From: Fimbriosthenelais zetlandica
Taxonomy: Eukaryota
DNA length: 64,000 bases
Assembly: GCA_977030845.1 (NCBI GenBank)
Contig: OZ365113.1
Span: forward strand, 21,266,001 to 21,330,000
Direction: 5' to 3'
The translations under genes and the position numbers were made by a program. Positions 12,901-25,000 of this stretch are shown here, piece after piece. The first letter of the stretch is position 1. Every line of letters starts with the position of its first letter. The notes under the pieces were generated by a model. It made no database searches and was not told where the DNA came from. It saw only the letters and a program-made list of their open reading frames with translations.

Positions 12901-15900
12901 TTTTGATGGCTCAGGGTCGACAGCCCAACTAATCGCGCTCATTGAATATTAGTGACAGTGTGCAGGGCAGTAATATTTAGCCACTTCAGAGAAGGCCATG
13001 CCAATATTATCTCTATCCACACCAGCAGGCTGTAAATGGCAGGCCCCCAGCCCAATGCCAGCCTCATAACATGATATATACTGATCGGAAATTAAACTGG
13101 GATGAAGTGAGTAAGCGGGGATATTAATTTTTCACCCCTAACAAGCAGTGACAGACTCTCCCAACTCTAAAAGGCTTGTGTTTCCATTCAATGTATCAAC
13201 GGAGACTGGTGAAGCCATCTCACTGCAAATGACTCCCTACCATCCATCTCTCGAGGTGGAAATAATAGAGTTAATCAAGGCAACGAAATTATTTGTAACA
13301 AAGTGCTTGCTACCGCATTTTCCTCAAATATCCCCATCTGTCGTTGCCCATAAGAACAAACACTATTCATCTAAGAGATTATGGTAAAGACAATGAAAAG
13401 AAAGGAGAAATGTATAATGCGTAGGGGGTGGGGAGAAGAATAGATTATTTAAACGAACAGCAGATAGGGATAGCAGTAATCAAAGGAAAGTGCAGTGAAG
13501 GAAAACACTGGAGGAAAAGGAAAGTAAGGAGAACGAATAAGAGAATATTTGGTAGATAATCGGTAGTGATGGCGTTGCCTGTGCAGTGGTTTCTGGCTAT
13601 TAAGTAGAGTAGCAGTATTTAGATGAGAACTAACCGAGTTGTGCTATACTGTTTGTTCACCTCCAAATAGCCACGTCCAAACATGACCATGCTGGGTCCC
13701 AGGCTGTTTGACCAGTGCGGAGTAGAGGCGAGGTGTGGGAGAGGCATGTGATCACAAACAAGACACAACCAGTGTCCTGCTACTACAACTAATGGACTGT
13801 TATGAGAGAATTAGCCTCAGGGAAAGAGATCGAGAGAGCAGAACAAAGAGAATGGCAGAGGAAAGGAATGAGGGAAAGTAGGCAAAGAGTGATGAAAGAA
13901 GGGTGTATTTGGGCTGCAACAGATTTGATGCGTCCCAGAAACTCTCGGTTCGGTGGGTAGATGATTCTTTGTCTTTGGTCATGAACGCCCAATACAGAAG
14001 CAAACATCAATCACTTACCAGGCAAAGAAAGTAAAGTATATCCATCAGTGCATGATATATTTTCTCAACACAAAGTAAGAGCAAGCAAAAAGCTGTATAG
14101 ATGCAGTGTTCAATAGATCTAGGCTAGCAGATATTGAAATATTACAAGCTGGGTCGATGGGTGGACAGGCAAGAAGGAATCGATTATGTCTACCAGGTAC
14201 ATAGACTGAATGCACCTGAGTTTGCTATGTCTCACAAGGTTTGTGCATGTTTAGGATTCACCTCCCTATACTTCGCTCTTCTAACATCTTCCTAATTGAT
14301 TTCAGCCACTTGCAGCATATAACGTCCACAATACATACAAACAAGCCAGCATATAGAGCCCCCTGTCTATTGAGAGAACGCTAAAATAAAGGCAGGCTCT
14401 GAGCAACTCAGAAATGGGTCAAAGAGGAAGAAACATTTTCTGCATTACAACAGTGGATGATATTCGGTTAGCGTACACAACAACTCTTTTTCAACAGCAC
14501 TGGTTACTTTTTACTTTGTTTGCACAAATATATAGATGTGTGGCTTTTTGCATGTCTCTTCTATATTATATATATATATGATCCCCTTGCAGATTGTCCT
14601 ATTGTAAACGGAGTGGTAAATGCGTGGGAGTGTTCAAATTGTCAGAGCAAGCCCTCCATTGGATTTCAATCCTACGTTCCCATACCGATCAATGTAATTT
14701 GAAAATACATAATTTATATTCAATACATGTTGTGTGCATTGCCCAGAAAGTCACAAATTTTGCATGTGGCTGTATGTTTTAGAGGCCCAAGCCCTGGCTT
14801 TTACAAACCGCCTTGAATCATGCACTTTAATCGTAAAGTACAGAAGGGTCGCCGGGTAGCCACCTCTGAACCCATACTTTCAGCTTTATCAGCCCGCATC
14901 AGGCTGTTCTAAAATGACATGAAAAACAATCATGGGCTTCAGCCATACATACAATGAAAGCATTACAACAGGCACGCAAACATGTGAGCGGCTATCATAA
15001 GTGTTTCCCCAGACAAAATCGTCTGCACACCAAAAACAAGACAGCTACCAGCAACATTGTATCGGGCGGGTAAAACATTTCAGCTTAGGAAAAAAATCAG
15101 GAAAGTGAATTCATGTCTATGAACAATCAGATTTCTGTCTCGCGTGAATGTTCTGGGCATGAAAAATGTCACAGTACATTCAAGTATCTTTGCAGCATGC
15201 TTGGAAGAGAAATCAATTCCCAGGGAACAAAAGGCACATTATGGACGATTTGCTTGTGTATTCATCAGAATTTCGGTTGCGATTCATGGAGCTATTACCA
15301 GAGAGTGCATGACAACTGTGTATGAGACAGACACATACATAGAGGCTATTTGTATAGGACAGGTAATGTTAACAAAATATACTGACAGTCAATTAAAATG
15401 TACCACTTTTTCTCTCAGTGCAGTAATATAGACTATAAGTATTGTTGGTGCGTTTGCACAGTCAGTTTATATATATCTATAAATAACTTAACTAAAAGCT
15501 CAGATCTATAGAGTATTTGTTTCGCCTATAACCAGATATTATTATGATGAAGAGACACGAGTTTGAGAAGACAATGCAGAACATTGCAGCATGCATGTTT
15601 GTAATACATGCAGTTAGAGTTGTACAAGGCCAGAGGGAACATGCCAAGGTTGGAATAACAGCATGTTTGGGGGCCTGCCTCTCAGTAATCGGACTTTTTT
15701 TTGCTAATAGTCAGCTGCCAACTTCATGTAACAAATGGCTGGTTACATTGCACAGAGAGACAAAAAAATCTTTATGACAGGCGTCCATGCAACCAGCAGA
15801 ATGGTTACAAGTTCCACATAATTCCATAGCCAAGTAAAGGTAATGGGTAATAGTACTGAACGATGATGAAATGCATGAAGGCATGAGGGGAAGTACGACT

Positions 15901-17104
15901 ATATAAGTGCCAGTTGGAACCGTGGCCAGGTCAAACCAAAGACTTAAACATTGGTAAATGTGGCTCCCTCACTTTGCACTCAGAAGTAACAATGGAGAGT
16001 ACTAGGATTGGTTGGCCAGGTGTCAGGGTACCGTAATGTCACAGGTGATGTATCATGTGCCTGTGACGTGATACTTCAGTGAGGCAGCACTAACAAACGT
16101 AGGGCTCACTGTCATAAGTATACATGAGAAAACTGAAAATTTGTGACATTAAACCCCATTAAACAAACAAACCATCATCTAAGTTTACAAGTTCTGAACT
16201 GTGCAATTTACCTCGATAACAGATGCCAATGCAGCATGAAATGTAGTCATGCCTGCAGGTAGATGGTTGTGCTGGCGGGGGTGGTCGTGGAGGTGTTGCT
16301 TGTTTTTGATGGGAGCTATTTTGGACTTGATGGCCGTCATAATGAATTGACAGGCAGTGATTCACCACCAGTTACTGTCATCCTTCTATTATGGGATGCG
16401 GTGTAACAACATTCATGGATGTGGCAGAGGGAAAAATTGGAAAAAAAATGCGGCAAATATTGACCTCCCCAATCATGACCACTTCCTTAGCTCAATCAAT
16501 TAGCACTGCCTCCAGAAACTAAACATAAATGTCTCAAAAGGTTCTCGAAGACGAAATGTCCACGCCATAAATTGTCATTGAGATCATGTTTATTTTAGTC
16601 TGTTATGGGACTCAGGGTTTAATGAGTGCAAGCTACACTAATTGGTTCTTTAAAAATTCCAAATTTATTTTAACTAATATGAGTGTGGATCAAGAAATAA
16701 TGCTCATGGCAATTATCCCTTAAATGGCAAAATACGATTTAAGTAGAAAATATTTATATGACGAGATTGGCAGTTTCTGGTACACAATTTTTATCATTTG
16801 AAAGTGTGTGCAAACACGCAAGTGTCTACAATCTGTACCAGTACTGACTCGTCTATAAAAGCATGGCTGGGTATAAGAACAACATCCTCCATTCCTCGAC
16901 AAACATCAAATCGAAACGAAGCATTTCGACAGCTGCAGGTCTGCGAATATCAGAGACAGAAATAAACGCAATAATATTTTTTCCACTGGTTTCCTTGGCA
17001 ATATGTTGAATTTGATAAGGGTGTGAGTGAAGGCTGTCATGCGAGGCCATGGATCTGCTATTGCCGGCCATGACAACATGCAAGCAGAGCTGGTCTTAAG
17101 AGTC

Positions 17105-17126
17105 GGGGGTGGGGGGGGGGGGGGGG
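17105..17126 (+). repeat. Poly-G tract (16 G at 17111-17126)
   Basis: Seen directly. Confidence 0.9.
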
Positions 17127-20100
17127 ATCTCGTTAATCCGATCCATCTGCAACCGGTGGATGACAAACAATGCAGCACGCTATCCGGGCGTACCAATGGC
17201 ATAAGATCATAAACACAGGAGATCAATTAAAAGAGCCAGTCAAGGTGGGATATTCACGAGGGATGCACAGTGCCTCCATACGACACCCGCTCAATTACCT
17301 CCATTCATTGTGTGTGTGTTTAATGATCAATCAGGAGATAATGGCTGCTACCTTGAGCATACTCCTAATACAAGGACATGGTGTAGGTGGGCAGGGTCGC
17401 AAGATCTGAAGAGGTCAGGGTACCCTAGTAGCCTCATATTTGTATGTGTGTTGATATTTTTTATAGCAGATGCACAATGCATCAGGCCTGGTTTTTGAGC
17501 ATTCAACGAGACTAATCTTGAGGATATGATAGAAGGAATGAACAATATTTCGATTATAATTCAACCATTTCTTATGTAAAGTGTTGTATATATTATATGT
17601 AGACTCGTAAGAAGCGGTGTGAACAAATGGCAGACATGCCGATGCCCACTGCACGTATATCAGGTACATTATTAACATCAATAAGACTGCAGCAGATTGT
17701 CACCTGTGAAGATTCCACACAAACCTAGCATGTGCACCTGCGTCCCCATCTCTTATTGCATGCCAGGAGAACATGACAGGAAATACCCTCTAAGGCTGTA
17801 CAGATTCCACAATAATTCCTCACCGACAAAACAAATAGGCCATTGAATTATATATACGACCTGAAACCATGTCTTGTCAATTGCCTTACAAAGGCACATC
17901 ATATAAAGTAAGGCCATGAAATGAATAATGTAAACCTCAAAATAGCATTCATCTTCTCAATATAGAAAATAACCTGGGTTAGCTGGTTATACCTGTTATT
18001 CCTGGCTAAATGAAGCCTGGCCAATTACGGGAAGCAATAGGAGATCTTTGGCCTTAAGTCTTTCATTATATTCTATGTAATTAGGAGACCATTCGCTCGT
18101 CCCTAGACTAATTACAAACACAAAACTATCACATAGACATGTGACTATCTACCATGGAATCCCACACGTGAAATATAAATGGCATTCATAAATAGCTTAC
18201 GGTGGTTTTTGCCACAAAACAATTAATGCCGCAGCACGACGTGGAATGACATAGAATATGGACACATTCATACATTAGCTTGCGGCACACTATGACCAAC
18301 CCATGAAAAATGTAGATGAAAACAAGTATCATACACATTTATGGCCAGAGAAGTGGGCCAGAGCCATTTCGTGTGGTCATGCCTTGAATACATCATGTCC
18401 ACACAAAAGAGCATAGATCCATACGAAGGTAAGGGATGGACATATTCAAGGGGCATTGTTCAGCAACACTATACACTGAGTTAACAACAAAATAGATGAA
18501 CTGGTCTTGACATATAGCTAAAATTAGCTCATCAAAATTAGCTCATCTATACATACCACCCTCTGAAACATTTAACTCGAATCCACCTACCAATTGACGC
18601 ACGTGAGAAACCTTATTAATCTTTTTCCCCCGAAAGGGACGGAATGAAATGAGTATGTAATATTTATGTCATGGTCTTGTCATGTGGGTGGATGATGGGA
18701 AGCTCAGAAGTTCTCACTACTGAGTGTAGCCAAGAGACTGGGCGTGGCCTCGAGCCATGTACGGATGTCCCTGTCACCCACATGAGTAAGTTGCCAAGTG
18801 TGGGGAAATAGGAATCAACATGCAAACAAGCCATCAGCCACGTGGGTGGCTTATCTACTGCCTAAAACACATAGCTACAAGTTCTTTTAAAGTGCCTCCT
18901 GGGAGATTCATCACCGCTCTCTCATCTAGCCTCGTAGAGGGGGAGAGGTAGGATGTGATCTGTTCAACATATTGAACAGGTCACGGATGCATGGAAGCTA
19001 GAGGTAGGAAGCCACTTTCATAAAAGTGAAGCCACTTTCAAAGTGGTCTCCCACCTAAAACTTCGAGAAGTTTCCAATTTCCGCCATCAATATGAAAGAA
19101 AACATTAAGAAGTAATAGCGACTTGAAGGTTCTGTACCTCAATCATTTACCCTTATCGTTAATTGTTTTTGACATCATGAAATTTGTATGAAAATAAGGC
19201 CAATGATGAGAATATAGACGAAGTACATCAGAGGAATTTTGGGCATTTTTATCCATTGTACCTGAAGTGCACAGGGGAACAGTAACATATGGAACAATCT
19301 GACATATAAAGCTTTCTTGATAACCCTTGTCCATGAAGAATACATGACCTGCTACCAGAATTAAGAGGGTTTAGAATTAATACTAAAGAGAAGGGATGTA
19401 ACGCTGCCAAAACATTAATCAGGTCTTCTTCCTTCTTGGCTTTATTTAATCATGTCACTTTTTCTTATCTGTTCTGAGAGACAGAAAAGGAAGGCACATG
19501 CCCTCGTTAAAGATATTGAAACACTTTATTTTCACGCCAATGCTGGCTGAAGGCAGTTAACATTTGTCAACAGGAAGTGCGGACGGTTATTTTCCGAGCT
19601 GTTTCTCAACTGGAAAGGTCCCACTTTCTAGATAATAGCATTTGCGGACCAAGTGAGCGGAAAAGTCGGTGCAAAGAGCAGCTCCATCCTGCTCTTCTGA
19701 GCTCAGTTTTAGGAGATTGATAATATGGTTTTAGCCTGGGGAAGGCCGTGTGGTTCCTGCTTAGCAAAGCCAATGCCTTTCTTCGCAGAAAATTCAATTG
19801 GAAGCACAGGTTTTGAAATTTATATAATGGCCTTTTTCCTAGCCATTTTGTATTGTATATAAAGGCCCAGCTAGTTAGGTTATATAAGGAAAGAAGTGAA
19901 CGACAGTAATCAACTAATGGTTCAGGCTGTAAATGGATCAGACACTTCCATAACTAAGTTGAAGGATGAAGAAACGCAGCCTGCGACATGGCTCTGAAGA
20001 ACCACCCGTAACAGGTTTGATCTGCCACCAATTGAGTTATCACTAGGTGTAACAATAAATCATCCACGAGGATCAATTGATTTTTTTAAAATCAATTTCA

Positions 20101-22030
20101 TGGACCTTGGCCATGTCAGACGAGAGTACCACTTCATTGTTTTTGTCCGTGAATCAAAAGTAGCTCCTATGGTAATGGAGCTGCGACAATCTCATTAGTA
20201 TTCATAAGATCATAGTGTATGGTTAAAAGATAAGCACTCTTCATGGAGATATTAATTGGATATAAAGTGGTTGGGGGTGGCAGTGTTTTTAAAAGAGAAG
20301 AGCCTTCTGTTCAAGCTCAGAGTGGATGGGTGGTATATGTATTTGGATTACGCACCACTTATTTGTGGCAGCCTTCATAAGCTCCAACACTAAAGTGACA
20401 TGTTTACGGATGCAGAAATACGAGGGAGGAAAAACAGTAGGAAATCTCCACCTTGGTGAACTGCAGAAAGTGTATTCAAAATGTTAACGGTACGCCAAAG
20501 GTCATTTGGGATCATTGAAGAAAGAAGATCACAACTGACTAGCATTTGAATTAAACAAAGGCGTCGGAACAGGGGGCGATGAGGGTATATTCGGGGAGCA
20601 AGGCCATATCCTCAACTGGCTGAAAAAAAATCCAGGCTTGCCCCCACCCCTAACCAGGCATAGCTTACAACGACCGTAGGTGCTAAAGTTGACTAGAGTA
20701 TCTGTAGCCTAATGGAATTATGCAAATGGTTATTTCCATTAATCAATTGGAAGGTAGGCCTAATGTTTAATATAATTTTTACGAGGTCTGAACTACCACT
20801 AAACACCTCCCACCATCACACAACTAACTTTCCCTCCCAGTCCCATTTTACATGCATGCTGGTCATTTTCCCATCCAATAGTCTAGGAGAAAAGATTTAT
20901 TACTGGCTGGGGCGGCTAGCCCCTTCCGCCCCGTGATAACAACTCTCTGGCCAACTCCAATGAATAGCCAGGCCATTACTAGATGTTGGCGAATCCATTT
21001 ATTGGATATCATCCCAGGCTCCAGCAGCTATCAAGGAATCTAAAATGCAGATTGACCCCTGCTTTCCTTCACTGGTCCCCTGCCGAGGGGAGGCTGGCTT
21101 GGAGAAACAATGAGCATTTCGAGCCGTCAGAAGCAATAAGTCGCAGCCGCTCCAGTAGACCACAGACCTCGCAGATCCCCAGCATTAGTATCCCGCCGAG
21201 ACACTTGACACTTTCTTAATCATGAATATTTACCAACATTAAAGCAACATATCTTAAACGGATTTTCCTGGCAAGTCATTTTATTATAAGGTCAATATCA
21301 AAAGGAAATTTGCTTTTCATTGTTCAACAAAAGAGTGATAGATTCCTGTGGTGCATACAAGGCTCTATGACTCTATATAATTGACCTATGAAAGAAAAAA
21401 CTATGGAAGCAAATATCCGGTTTCTTTCATAAAGGCATGAATCTTTCCAAAAGTCTATAGGCAATCATGTTGTAGGACACTGTCCGATCATGTTCATAAC
21501 TTCTATCGTGATGTCCTACATGTAAGCATAAGGCCCTCAGCAAACTATGTGAAGGAGCTGGGCCTGGAATAAGAGCACATTCCATCAAGTGTATCAACCA
21601 GGCTTGGTATGGACGAGGCTGAGCCAGGATCCTTCCAGGAGAGCCTTTGTGTACAGTACTCTCGCCACTTGTTTGGTGATAGCGACCACTTTGCTTGTGA
21701 ACGTGCTTGCGTCAGTCGGTCCATGGCACTTCTATATCGGACAGAGCAGTATTGCACTGGCCTCAACCAAAGGGGGCCATTTAAGGTGGCTTGTAACGTC
21801 ACATTACCAGTGAGAGAGTGCCATTTTTATGGCATATGCTGCACTCCTCCATGCAGTAGATTATGGTCATTGGCAGTGCAGCTATGGCATTTACTTCATC
21901 AGCCTGTGGGAACATGCATTTATGACATCAAAACGAGAGGATCCCTCTAGGTAAACAGTTAAAAAGCCAAGTCTTTAATTTCCAGGCCAGGGTGCAAACA
22001 CTCTGCAGCTTGGAAATGTGTGCTGGCGAT

Positions 22031-22080
22031 GGGTGGGTAGGTGGGTGGTTGGGGGCGGAGGGGGGGGGGGGGGAGGGGTG
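22031..22080 (+). repeat. G-rich tract with poly-G run (G-quadruplex-capable)
   Basis: gggtgggtaggtgggtggttgggggcggag(G)14aggggtg; more than four G runs of 3 or longer. Confidence 0.8.
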
Positions 22081-25000
22081 GTGCATTACTACATGTCCAT
22101 TTATGAGGAGGCCCTACATTAAGAGCAAATACGTGGCTTGAGATTAATGGCGATTTTATCCTGCACTGGACTAATCGCAGAAATGGTTATTCGGGGGAGA
22201 AAAAAAAACCCTGCTCTGCTTCATAATAAATAAAATGAGACCATCAATCAAGTTAGTTGGCTCTATGTAGCACCTGCAGTGATTGACAGCACATTACAGG
22301 GCTCATGTGAGATTATAGCAGAGAGGATGTAACGAAAAGAGGAAAAATGAGGAATATAACATTACACCGTTCATACAGCTCGCCCGAGCTGGCAATCCAA
22401 TATCATCTATTATAGTGACGGATCATCCTTAATGAGACACAAACCGCACCATTTACAATCCACAGTATTTTTTCCCCCGTTTTTCAATTTTTTAGCAGGC
22501 ACACTCCATCCATCATGCTCCCCATATCGCGGTCTCTATCTGAGAAGCTTATGGACACAGATCTGGACTGGAGCTTAAACACAAACGGGCAATCTATAAA
22601 AACAAATGTTCCCATTGAATAAATGACCATTAGTTTCACGGTTAGGGAAATTAGAAATGACTGTAGTGAAACAAACTAGAAGAACTACCTGCGAAACCCT
22701 ATCAATTAGTGTTGCCTCAGCCGGTGTAAATATCCATTTGTCAAGCACGGCCTTCGATCCGTCATGATTTATTGTCAGCAGGTCAGTTTAAAAAAGGGCG
22801 GAGTGGCCATCATTCTCGATGTATTGATATTGATTGTCAGTAATTGCAGCAGAGGTCATATGAGGTGGTGGTGGGGAGGGGCCCACACTACACAAGCACT
22901 TGCCCCACCGCTTTGTTTTTTTGCCCAGAGCGACATGGTCGTACAGCAACAGCTATACAGACATTGGTGTTTGGGCAAAAGATATAACCAGAAAGATAAT
23001 GGCCGCTAGAGTTGAAGGGATAAATCTAATACTGGGCCTGTATCATGAATCTAGTGCCCTACTACCAATCTCATTTCTCTTACAGGCTGTAAAGCCAGTG
23101 CTATCACTTCTGACAGTGGATTTCAAGAAGATGGAAAAGCCCCCGATATGGTCACTGACCATTTTCAAAAGTCTAATGCACCATCAGCAAATGCATTTTA
23201 GTACAGTGGAAATTGATTACAGGCAAGTACTTGACAAATGTCCCTGTAAATGTAAACTGACTGTTATTGATGAATGATATGCTAGTGGTAGGGAGGTAGC
23301 CCTAGGGACAAGGTGGTCTCAGATGGATGTGAGGGAGGATGGGGTGCAGAGGCAAGAGGCCTGCATGGTTTTAATAAGTGGGCAACGCCTGCATAGCAAG
23401 CAGCTAGCTTATTAATCCCTAGACTCATAGAATGAACACTTTACATGGAAGGGTCCACACACCATACCTGAATCCCCAGTCCGGCCATTTGCCGGCTCAG
23501 CGGGGAATACTGTGGCAAGATAACAGCAGAGGAGAATCACCGTGGAACATAACACAGAGTAAAAAGGGCTCAAAAAGGTGATCAGCAAACACCAACTTTT
23601 TCGAGCTGCTTCTTTTTACGAGATCTGATAATATCTCCATGCCGGTGTAACCTCTTCTGATTAAAATCGGAGGCAAGTTCATTATGTAAATGAAGCTGAT
23701 TCAATCAGTTTTATGAAGTGAGCTGCTGGGGGATTATGAATTTCCACTGCCATGTATGCAGGTGGTACTGGCAGGAATAACTCGTCTTGGCTTTCTCTTT
23801 AAGCCCGAGGATTTATCGTTAATATTCCCAAGTTCAACTTTAATTGATTTTTGATCATTTGCCTATTAAAATGATGTATGCTGACACTTCAAAGTAGGCC
23901 TACACATGTAAGTTCTTTATTCCAGGCTTTATGCCTTGGGTATTGCCCAGTGGAATGCTATACGGTGAGAAGAATTCAAAGCTCACTGCAGGAAACTGAC
24001 TAATTAAAAGCATGCCACCATTTTACGACGGAGTCTCGGCATGCTGCCGAAGAGCAGGCCCCATAAAGCATGATTTAAACCGTGATTCCTGGAGCTACTA
24101 TGGACCAAGGTGGGAAGAACCAACACCATAGTCCAGTGAATGGAAGTAATGGGGTTTCTCAATGCTGGTCGTTCAGAATATCACTCAAGCAAGTTGTGCT
24201 ATTGGAGGCTGGGTGGCAGGAAGCGGAAATGGTGGAAATTCCTCAGCTTGATGAGAAGTGACCCGCTATCAGCTTCTGGTCATTGATCCCCATCGTGCAG
24301 ATCACAATGCACACATTAAGGCCAGTCAGTTAAATGATGTATGGCCGCCGCATCCTACACACAGCCTCCCGCCAAATGTCGCCTGTGACGTTTCTGCCTT
24401 TTTAGTGCCAAAGCAAAGAGAACCACCGTGTGATTTATCAAGCATAGGTCACTAACAAACTGACAGATATCAGGCCTGATGACAGTCACACCATGAATAA
24501 TTAATGAGGCTTTTAACAAAACAATATGTTAATATTATATTGTCATAGAATTTACAAGCCAACTTGTACACATCTCCTAGAAAAATCTAACAATTGATAT
24601 TGTCTTATTGTAAGAGATAACAAGTGTTGGACAAGTTGTCCATCATACAGAGCCAATACAAATGCCACAGTGACTATCAGAGCCGCAAAAATTCTATGGT
24701 TGAGATGTCGCAAAATATTATGATGCATAGAATGAGATCTCTATCGGTGCAGCGCTATCAACTTTGATATCTGATTCTGTCAGAGAATTGACTTAACCGA
24801 GATCATCAGGGTGACTAAGTAGGTTACAAGGTTCCAGAGCAGCAGCCATATCTGTCTGTTTATAAGATGGTAATACGGATATACACCTATTATAAAAACA
24901 TCCATCCATCATCTGGCACTGCTTTCTCCACAATTGACCCACACAGGTCAACTGAGCGACCTCAACCTTGATCCAACAACCAGAAGACATACAGCCTTAA

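Noticed and set aside
16212-16340. His-rich 43-codon minus-strand ORF ending at a GAG|GTAAAT donor
   Set aside because: No acceptor or promoter support, no similarity to ALAS or any family I recognise.
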